Origin: Mobula hypostoma
Taxonomy: Eukaryota
Assembly (NCBI RefSeq): GCF_963921235.1
Contig: NC_086097.1
Coordinates: 87,050,001-87,114,000 of the forward strand
DNA length: 64,000 nucleotides
Direction: 5' to 3'
Position 1 is the stretch's first letter. The number at the start of each line of letters is the position of its first letter. The notes under the pieces were generated by a model. That model had not been told where the DNA came from, did no database searches, and saw only the letters and a list, made by a program, of their open reading frames with translations. Shown one piece after another: positions 51,181 through 61,819 of this stretch. Position numbers and translations under genes: made by a program.

Positions 51181-53134
51181 ATTAGCAGCCCTATTTTTTA
51201 AAAAAACTTGTATTTAACATTTAAATTACTCTGTCATAAAATTTTTCAGTTATATAGATCAGACAGTTGGCCACATATTAACAGCTTGTGACATTTGTGT
51301 ATAACTGTTTAACAAATTAAAAACACCAAGTATGGAACTGAGTGCTTGCCAAAAGCATGTAGCAGATGTTAGATTAGGAGGATATTTGAAACTAGCAGGA
51401 GACATTTGAGACTGACATTGGACATAAAGGAGAACAGGGTCAATCAGGAGGGTAAAATGCATTTAAAGACAACCTGAAGGGCAAATTGTGAAATGATACG
51501 AAGTAGGAGTTTTGATAATAGGTGACCTTAATGGAATAATCAAGATTGAGGGTATGGTAGCTATAACTAAAGTGGAAGGGAAACTTACTACTGAGTCTCA
51601 TAACAATCTGACCAATGTAGTTTTAAAAAATTTCTTTTCTACGAAGCAGATGGTTTAATCACAAGTATGTTGATGAACATTTCTTATGTTGGACTGAACA
51701 ATTGGTCTTTCAATTAGCAGGAAGGAACAACATAGGCTATAATTCTACACAGCAAGAAGTGGCTTCAAAACTTTTGCGGTACAAGTGTAATAAAATTTCA
51801 AAATACTGTTTGTGTTTCATTCATTATTAGTATCCAGGCATTGTTGGCAAGGCTGGCATTTACTGCCCATCCGAGCTGCCCTTGAGCAGATACCGATGAG
51901 ACACTTCCTTGAAGAGATGCAGTCTTTCTAGAGAAGGTGCCCGTTCATGTGCTTGTCTAAAAACCTCAAGTATTGCTTCCACTATGTCCCCTGGCAGCAC
52001 GTACCAGACACCTACCTCTCCTTCTGTAAAATAAAACTCACCTCATAAATCTTCTTTAAACTACCCCCCCCACCTTAAAACCATGCCCTCTAATCCTTGA
52101 CTGAGTCTGATCTTAATTTATTTTCATTGACATGTGTAATGAAATTTGTTGTTTTGTAGGAGCAGTACAGTGCAAAACATTAAAAAATACTATAGGTTAC
52201 AAAAATAGTGGAAAAGACAAATAATGAGGTAATTTTTGTAGATCCATGGATCTGTGAAAGAATTGGCTTCACTGTCCGCAAAGCCCTAAACTCAAAAGGA
52301 AATGTTAAGCCCTGTCTGATATAGATATCTATGGGTACCCTCACTATGGGGAGGTTACCCTGTATCAACGTACTCTTCAAAGACTAGATTACTTTCCTGT
52401 CTAGTCTCTGTGGCAGCCTATACTGACCACTTGAGCAGTGGGATTCCCAGCCCTACCAAGGATAAGATACTTTCAGCTAACAAAGTAGCTTAAACATAGT
52501 TTATTTGTATTTTTAATGATGCACATTTATCTTTAGACAAGTAGTTCTTAACAAGCAGTTAACACTCACAGAGGAGTCTGTCACAGAAACTGAAGATTAA
52601 GGAATGGATTCCAGTTCTTCTTTCTGTCACTCTGTCTTCCTGTCAATCTCCTTGTCATTTCTAACAATCCCCAATGCTTTCTAACATTTATACTGTTTTT
52701 CTGATATTTGACATCATTTGTATGTGATGTTTTTGGATATCTTTGCTAGGACAAAATAATTAGCACAGGACAGAGTTTCCAGATGTCCAGAATTAAAGCT
52801 GTGAGGACTAACTCTCTAAGTACACATACATCCCAACTATTGATTGATCAGCTATATTTGTGACCATGATTGATGTACTAAGTGGTAAAATCAGTCTGGT
52901 CTGCAGTTTTCACTGAACTCAATCACAATGGTGGAAATAACTAAACCGGTGTTGTCTGGTGCGATGCAGGCCAATTAACATAACCCCATTGTCTTACATT
53001 GATTAAACATGGGCCTACAAGTCCTCACTGCTTACTTGTTTACAACAAGAAATATTGATTAGAAGTTTAACTTTGTTAAAACAACTGACTTTTTGAAAGG
53101 GTCAATAAGCTTCTCAAGCCCAGGAGAGTAAATA

Positions 53135-53350
53135 TCCATCAGAGATCATTCAGAAAACTGATGGCAGAGGGGAAGAAGCTGTTTCTGAAATGTTGAGTCT
53201 GGGTCATCAGGTTCCTGTGCCTCCTCCCCAATGGAAGTAATGTGCAGAGGGCACATCCCAAATGGTGTGGGTCTGTGATGATGTATGCTGCCTTATGAAG
53301 ATATCTTTGATATTGTGGAGGGTCATGCCTATGATGGAATTTGTGATGCA
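53135..53350 (-). mobile_element. Rex1/Babar-type 3' fragment
   Basis: IITDPHHLG..LLPLGRRHR..FRNSFFPSAI. Confidence 0.7.
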
Positions 53351-54290
53351 TGCCTTGCTTAAAGTAAAAAGAAAACTAACATACATGTCTTAGTGAGTGT
53401 TAAATGTGTGCCAAGAACTGTTTCTCCAAAATTAAATGTTTATTGTTAAAAATAAAATAGTAACATAGTAATTCTTATCTTTTTCTTTAAATTAGTTTTA
53501 TGCTTTCGAGTTACAAAACATCATAGCAGCATCAAGGAAGTTTTAAAAGAACGTGAGATGACTACCTACCTGTTGAAGTACAGTGAGATGTTTGAGGTTT
53601 AAAAAAGTGCAGCAAAAATGGTTGAGTGAAAAAAACAGTGCAGCATGTGCTTTCTTGGCATAAAAATGGCAGAAAACGGTACGAGAACTGGGTTGGAAAT
53701 TCAGAGGGGGCCAAGAATTGTGTTGCCAAGGTAACTGTGGCAATGAGTAAGTGTTTCAATATTGAGCTCTATTCAAATTTGTAATTCACCGATTTGCAGA
53801 TCTTCATCCCTGTTATATAAATAGAAGTCACAAAGACTCTACATATCATTCATCTTCCTAGACAAAAGTAAGGTGACTTATCTGCTTTCAGACCATTCAG
53901 TTTCCCAAGCACTTTCTCCCTGGTAGTGGTAACTTCACTCACTTCTGCCCCTTGTCACTCTGGAACTTCCAGCATATGATTTGTGTCTTCCACAGTGAAG
54001 ACGAATGCAAAATACTTATTCAGTCATCCATCATTCCCTTGTCCCCCATTACCATCTCTCTAGTGTCATTTTCCTGCAGTCCAGTATCTACGCTCACCTC
54101 CCTTTTACTCTTTATATGTCTGAAAAAAAAACTTTTGGTATCATTTTTGGTAATATTGGCTAGCTTACCTTCATATTTCATCTTTTCACCCCTTACATAT
54201 TTTTAGTTGCTTTCTGGTGGTTCAAAAATAAAATTCCAATCTAACTTCCCACAAATTTTTGATCTATTATATACCCTCTCTTTTGTTTTC

Positions 54291-54512
54291 ATACAAAATG
54301 CTGGAAGAACTCAGCAGGCCAGGCAGCATCTATGAAAACGTGTACAGACGACATTTGGGGTCAAAACTCTTCAGCAGCTGTCCTGCTGAAGAGTCTCGGC
54401 CTGAAACATTGACTGTACTCGTTGCCATAGATGCTGCCTGGTCTGCTGAGTTCCTCCAGCATTTTGTGTGTGTTGCTTGGATTTCCAGCATCTGCAGATT
54501 TTCTCTTGTTTG
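54291..54512. mobile_element. Inverted pair of PLE terminal repeats inserted in CR1
   Basis: About 54291-54377 is the reverse complement of about 54383-54470. Confidence 0.8.
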
Positions 54513-55144
54513 CTTTCGTATTCATGTTAGCTTTGACTTCCCTTATCAGCCACAGCTGCAGTCATCCTGCCCCTTTAAAATTCTTGCTCTTCTTTGCGAT
54601 GTATCTAACCTCTGCCTTTTGAATTGCTCCCAGAAACTCCAAACTCCGGTTGCACTGCTATCATCCTTGCTAGTGCCCCTTCCAATGAACGTTGGCCAAC
54701 TCGCCAGCTCCTCTCTCGTGCCTCTGTAATTCCCTTTACTCCACTGTAATACTGATACATCTGACTTTAGCTTCTCTGTCTCAAATTGTAAGGTGAATTA
54801 TATCATATTATGATCACTGTTACCTATGAGTTCCATTACCTTAAGCTTCCTAATCATATCCAGTTCATTACACAACAGCCAATTCAGAATTGCTGATCCC
54901 CTCAGGGGCTCAACCACAAGCTACTTCAAACAGCCATCTTGGAGGCAATCCACACATTCTCTCGAATCCAGCCTCAACTTGATTTTCTCAATCTATCTGT
55001 ATATCGAAATCCCCATGATTAATGTAGCATTGTTTTTTTTTGATATGTTTTTTCTATCTCCTGCTGTAATTTATAGACCACATCCTGGCTACATTTCGGA
55101 GGTCTATAAATATGTCCCATCAGGGTCATCTTACCCTTGCAGTT

Positions 55145-55233
55145 TCTTCTTCTTTTTCAATATTTTTATTGATATTATATAAATTACATGAATACAAATA
55201 CAAAATTCATAAAGATACAAGTAAATAATACGG
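55145..55233 (-). mobile_element. 89-bp poly(A)-ended insertion (extremely truncated L1-type 3' end)
   Basis: 11-bp TSD CCCTTGCAGTT at 55134-55144 and 55234-55244; AATAAA and an A-rich tail on the minus strand. Confidence 0.75.
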
Positions 55234-58179
55234 CCCTTGCAGTTACTTAACACTACCCACAGGGACTCTGCATTTTCCAACCGTGTCACCTCTTTTTAAA
55301 GATTTGATTTCATTTTTTACAAGCAGAGTCTCTCCTCTTCCTCTGCCTACCTGCTTGTCATTTTGATAGATTAATATTCAACTCCCAACACCAATCGCCT
55401 TTCAGCAATGACTCCATGATACTTACAACGTCATACCTGCCAATCTCTAACAGCGCTACAAGATCACCTACCTTATTTCGTATACTGCATGCATTCAAGT
55501 ATACCACCTTCAGTCCTGTATTTATCACACAGTTTTGTCCTCCTGATACACTGCAACGCATCCCTCCCACTGCAATTTTCCCCCATCATCTGCCTGTCTT
55601 ATCTGACAGTCTCACTACCTCTGCTTGTGCACTAACATCCCTCTCCTCAGCCCTATCACTCTGGTTCCCATCCCCCTGCTAAATTAGTTTAACTCCTCCC
55701 CAATAGTTCTAGCAAACCTGCCCACAAGGCTATTGGTCCTTCTCAGGCTCAGGTGTAGCCTGTCCCTTTTGTACAGGTCGTACCTTCTCCAGAAGAGATC
55801 CCAATGATCCATAAGTCTGAAAGTCTACTCCCTGCACCAGTTCCTCATTCACATAGTCATCTGCCAAATCATCATATTCTTGCCCTTATTGGCAGCAATC
55901 CAGAGATTGTTACCCTGGAGATCCTGCTTTTCAGTTTTCTACGAAGCTCTCTCTTTAGGACCTTCTCTCTTTACCTTCCTACATCATTGGTACTAGTATG
56001 TACCAAGACGCCTGGCTGCTCACCCTCCCCCTTTAAAATGTCATGGACACAGTCCGTGATGTCCCTGAGCCTGGCGCCTGGGAGGCAACATACCACCTGG
56101 GTCTCTTTATCACGCCCACAGACTGCAATCCACTTCTCTAACTATGGAATCTCCTCTTACCACTGCATTCCCCCTCTGAACCTTTCTGAGCCACAGCACC
56201 AGACCCAGTGCCAGAGACCTGATCACTGCAGTTCCCCCCAGATAGGTCTTCCTCTTCAACAGTATTCAAAACAGTATGCTTGTTATTGAGGGAATTGGCC
56301 ACAGAGATACTCTTTACAGGCTGTCTATTTCCCTTCCCTCTTCTGCTAGCCACCTATTCAACTACCTCCTGCAACCTATGAGTGACTACCTCCCTGTAGC
56401 TCCTATCTCTCATTTCTTTGATTTTCCTTATGAGCCAAAAGTCTTTGAGTTGCAGCTCCATTTCTTTAATATGTTCTCTGAGGAGCTACAGATTGGTGCA
56501 CATGATTCAGATGTGGTTATCGAGAAGCCTAGAGGTCTCCCAGAATTCCCAAATCTCACACAAGGAACAAGACACACCCCCTGGAGCCATTCTTACTGCC
56601 ATAACTATACATTTGCAAATGAAGATTAAGCAACAAAAAGCTTACCAGATACATACATTGCCCATGACTGTTATCGCCCAAGCCAAAAGTTCTGCCACTC
56701 TAACACTGGCCCACTCCAACAATGGCCAGTCCACTTACCCCTACCTCTTGAAAATTTCCAACATTTTCTCTGTTTGATTTCATTGTGTGGCCATCAACCT
56801 TCTTCTTTAACTTGTCCCATCGAAGACCTCATTGGAGTCTTCAGCAGCAGAACAAGTGAACTTTTTCTCCTTCCAGAGAGATGGTGACAGTGCGGCATTT
56901 CTTCCCTGTAGATACCCAAATATCCAGTCTCTCACCAGGTCAGATTCTGCCTCTGTTCTATTCTCTGAAATGAAGAAAATATCAACAATTCCAAGGAGGA
57001 GTGAGTGATGACGTGCTTTCATCTGCACTGCCTTATTGCTGATCCTCTACTTCCCAGCCAAAGTATCTTAATGAAGAAAGCCAGAATAGTAAAGCTGTGC
57101 TGTGATATGTAGGGGTTCAAGTGAAGAATGATTTAAAACATGCATTCTTACCGCATCTGCAGTTTCTCATGTGTATTGAATAGATAATGGGAATTGAGGA
57201 GGAGGGGGGTCAAGATTTGGCTTTGAGTTTATATTCATCCTAAGTAGTTACATCGTTGGTATTGGCAGTGCCTTCAGTAAAGCCTGTATCAGAAATGGCC
57301 AGTGCCCTTTCCTTCATTTTGGCAACTATCTCTCCTAATAATTGTTAGATTGTTCTTCGAGGTGGGGGGATGTGTTATTAGGTGCCTTGAAATGTGTTAG
57401 GGCTGTGGCCATGGGTGTACTTATGAACAGCACCTTCTACAATCACAATCCACAACATACTCCCCATTGTGCAGACTTTAGATATTGTTGGCCATTCATG
57501 CTAATGCATGCAACCAGCATGCAGTACAACAAGCCTTGCTTGTTAAAATCAAGTGAGAATATCATGTGAAGTTGTTGTGCATCCTTTACTGTGATCAACA
57601 GGCCTGCTTCTCCAGGCTATTGAATTTATGGTAGTGGAGTCAATCAGATCTTGTTTACAAATGCCCATTAACAGCAGATATCAATGGATGGATGACAGGA
57701 GCCACAATATTTTACCCACCTTGGCTGAAAATAGTTAACCTCAGGACAGAGTGATGATTAAAATTGCAATTATCTTAATGTATGTTCTATTTTAAACACT
57801 TAGAACTCAATTGCTTAACCAATAGGGATATTAAAGCACTGAACAGAGTAACACACTGGGAAAGATTTCACTGCTAACGTAATGATCTTTCTGTAGAAGC
57901 AGTGTTTGGGTTATGGTGAGAGATAACAGATGCTTTGGAATGTGAGCTGGGTCTTTTGTTAGGCGTGAGATGAAGAGATAAGATGCTGGAGAGAGCCAGT
58001 CGCGGGATATGATCCGGTGGGGAGATCATGATTCAATGGAGCCGTTCTGATAGATCGACTGAGGATCGGTGAATTGAGCTCCAACTGGTGCACGTTTGAC
58101 TGTTTAATTACGATGAGCCTTTTTTGTTTTTTCTTTCTTTTCTTTACTAACCCTTTTGTTAAGTTTCCTAAATTTCCTT

Positions 58180-58718
58180 CTGAAATGCCTGCCTCGCTGC
58201 TGCTGGTAATGTGTGATCGAGAATCTCTGGAGGGGAAGGCCCCAAATCCTCGGCTTTGCCTATTTCCTGTTGCCGGGGCCGGGGTCGAAGCGCTCAGCAG
58301 AGATGGTGCTCGGTGCTCGGTGTCGGAGGGCTGGTCGGAGGCTCAAAGTTTTCGGATGGACTCAGGAGTCGGCTGTGGTTGGGTGCTTCCGGGGTGCTGC
58401 ATCGGCAAGTTTGCGGCGCTGGAGGTTCATGGCAGGGAGAGTTTCTCCCTTCTACCGTCTGCGTGAGATGATGGGACTTTCGAGAGACCTTGAGACTTTT
58501 TTTTTACTGTGCCCATGGTCTGTTCTTTATCAAATTATGGTATTGCTTTGCACTGTTGTAACTATATGTTATAATTATGTGTTTTTTGTCATTTTTTTTA
58601 GTCTTGTTTTGTCTTGTGTTTCTGTGATATCATTCTGGAGGAACATTGTATTATTTCTTAATGCATGCATTACTAAATGACAATAAAAGAGGACTGCGTG
58701 TCCTCATAATCTAATCTA
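58180..58718 (+). mobile_element. Second, 5'-truncated copy of the 21995-22626 repeat
   Basis: Directly similar over about 540 bp, with the same tail. Confidence 0.8.
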
Positions 58719-60496
58719 AAAATCTAAATATAATTCCTTTAACCATATGCAGCGTGCTGTCTGCTGTTTCTTGGCAATGAATTGTAACAGGGTTGCAGAT
58801 TACCCAGCATCCACACAAACCGCGGTTTGGGGTGGGAGAGCATCTCAATCTCATGGGTTTGGTGGGACCAGAGTGTGTCTTCCCTAGATTTACACAGCCA
58901 AGGAAACCAGTGGGGTTTCATTGAATTAAGAACAATGCATTAACAGGAAATTGCCTACTTTTCAAATGCTTAAAATGGGTGTAATGTGGTACAAATTACT
59001 TCTATTTCAACTGACAAAACAGAAACGTTTCTGCACAGTACTGCTTCTACGGAGTATGAAACTTGGGAATTTGGCGTACTGAGGTGATATTCTGCTAAGT
59101 TAAAAAAAAAGATGAGAAGCATCCTGAGAGAAGGAATGGGGCAGGAGACAATGAGTTGTGAGCAGGGATGAAGCAGCAAAATTTTTTTAAAAAACCAAAG
59201 AGAAAAGGGTGAAGACTATAAAATACTCAACCTGATACAGAAAGCCAAGAACATGATTGGCTGATTGATATCAGTACAAGGAACGAGCTGGTTGATAGAT
59301 CACTGGGGATTGCAATTGGCTCATTATGTCAGTGACAGCTCTGACTCAAATTGGCTGTGTTAGTTTTCTAAATGTCAGCGTTGAGTTCTGATGGCTGCAA
59401 AGTGTCCCTATGGAAGATGATATGCTGCTTTTTGAGTCTATACTCAGATGTTACAGCGAGTCCAAAGAAAGAAAGGTCAGAGTGGAAATGGAATTTTAAT
59501 TCTTCATCCATCCCACTCTCGCTAGTTTGAAAAGAAAGTGAACCAATAATGTGTAATTTCATTTATCCTAATATTAATAAGGTACTATCAGTAAAAAAAA
59601 AATCAGATAGAGCGCGTAATGATGTTTTTTAGCCTGTACAAGATTTGGGAGAGAATTCTGAATTTAGTTTTAGGAAATGAAGCTAGCTGGTGAAAACGTC
59701 AAAAAGAGATTGTTTTTGTGGTCATAATGCAGTTAGAAGTGTCAGTAATTGTAAGGACAAAGATTCTAAGTTGGAGGAAGACCAATTTTACTATTTTAAG
59801 GAGTAGTTTTTCAAAAGAAGACTGCAAATGGTTGCTTGAATATAAATCAATGGGAGGCATTAAAAGAGTTTTTAGAGTAAATTTGCCATAAATATGATCA
59901 CAGAAAGATAAAAGGTAGAACTGCTAAATGTGAAGTCTATTCCATGTCAAGGTACACAGAGTGTAAGACAAGGTAAAATTGAAAAGTTGGAGTCAGATGC
60001 TGAGAAGTTAATGCTGCAGAAAGCCCAGAACAAAAGAGCAAATTTAGGGACTGGAATTTAAAAGAATTAGAAAAGCAAAAAAGGTAAAGAAAATGTATTG
60101 ACAAATAAAATAAAGTCTAAAAATGCTTTCTAGCTTAAGTTTGATAATTAACTAAAGGGCAGTGGCCATTGGGACCAATAATTATGCAGTAATTGAAAAT
60201 TGTCTAGGTGTTGTGGAAGAGCATAGAGACTTGGATTGGAGCTCATAGAACATAAAACAGCACTTTCTAATTGAAACTGTTGTAAATAAAACTATTAGAA
60301 TGGCATTTTATCATATCTGGAACATAAAGAGATAATGAACCCATATAAAGGTTCATTATAAATTTTAATAGGTCTTTAATTAGAATAATATGCTCCAAAC
60401 TTAAAAAAAGGATAAGTAAGTTTTGGAGACAATACTGCGCAGTATTAAGAGGGTACCTAGTGATGCAAATATGGAAGTCTTGAAAACTAAATCTTG

Positions 60497-60710
60497 ACAA
60501 CATACACAAAATTCTGGATGAACTCAGCAGACCAGGTAGCATATATGGAAAAAAGTAAACAGATAATGTTTTGGTCTAAGACCCCAGATCTTGGCCCAAA
60601 ATTTTAATTGCTTACTTTTTTCCCACAGATGCTACCTGGCCCGCTGAGTTCACCCAACATTTTGTGTGTGTTACTTGGATTTCCAGAATCTGAAGATTTC
60701 CTCATGTTTG
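60497..60710. mobile_element. Inverted pair of PLE terminal repeats
   Basis: About 60498-60582 pairs with about 60589-60672; TGAAA(A)CT(A/G)AATCTTG on both flanks. Confidence 0.75.
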
Positions 60711-60897
60711 TGAAACTGAATCTTGGTTTTTCACTTACAGATTACCACTTTATGCCATAGACTCGCTTAGAATTATGAAAGGATGAGACAAGAAGTGTAC
60801 GTAAAGATTATGTTGGGACAAATAGGTATATTTATAACATTACATGTAAGAAGTTTACAGTTGGGGTGAGGAAAACATTAAATACACAGCAAACATT

Positions 60898-61778
60898 TGT
60901 AGCCTGGGGAAAAGTACACACTCAGGACAACAAATACTTTTTCGGGTTTTAATTCCTTTATCTGTTTTCAATGTTTAAATGCCAGAAGAGGGTGGCAAAA
61001 CAAAACAAATGAATTTACAACCAGTTCTTGCTGTTACAATCTCAGTTTAATTTTTGATCCACACCCTTATGTATGAACAGAATTGCGTATGCTGTATAAA
61101 AAATACCAGAACTTATACTGTACTAATACAGTAGTGGCAATTCTGAAGGAACATAATACAAACAACATTAGAATCCCACCCACCCTGCATCTTATACATA
61201 ACAGCAAAAAATGTAAGCGAATACATCTCATCTAAGACATACACATGTGCTGAACTTCCGAACAGAGACTAAACATTCACGTTATGCGGTTGCATGCACA
61301 ATCAGTCCTAATACAATAAAGTTAGAAAAAAGGTACACTTTGGCACAATTTTTACAAGGTATTGCCTGGTAGTTAAATTACAGGATGCCTGACCTACTTG
61401 GATGGTGAGGAACTTTGCCCAAGCCACGCAATCCAGCGTTGAGTCATTTACTCAAGAAAATCTAAAGCATCCACATGTAAAACATGTCAAGTTACTGATA
61501 TTCTCGATTCGCCAACAAGAATAAACAAATTTACATGGATATCGTCAATTAATACTCACCTTTCCTCACCATGCCCAGTATCTCTGGGAGAAACTCAATT
61601 CCAATGCCCCAACAGCGACTTTAGCAGAAAACGAAATGGTCTCCCCACTATCCCACACATGCATAATGACATCACCGTCTCCCTTAAAGGCACAGATAAC
61701 TACTCTAGCATTACCCGGATGGATGCCCAAGTACACTTTTAACGATACTGAACAAGAGCCGATAGTCACTGTGTTACG
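60898..61778 (-). mobile_element. Putative 3' LTR of the Gypsy element
   Basis: On the minus strand a purine tract AGAGGAGAA (61779-61787) is followed by CGTAAC.. (inferred TGTAAC), and the segment ends ..CCAGGCTACA. Confidence 0.55.
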
Positions 61779-61819
61779 TTCTCCTCTGCATCCAAGTAAT
61801 CATCCTCGATTACTCGCTC

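Larger units (their letters stand above)
53890..56640 (-). mobile_element. CR1 LINE 5' part: SGNH/GDSL-esterase-type ORF1 plus ORF2 endonuclease (degenerate)
   Basis: Minus-strand AVVRGDSIVR, VCCLPGARLRD, VLVHTSTND and YKRDRLHL, then LKVVYLNACSIRNK. Confidence 0.85.

Noticed and set aside
57890..58920. Third solo LTR
   Set aside because: It has LTR-like composition and a CA end, but I could not find a matching start and TSD, so it is left uncalled.
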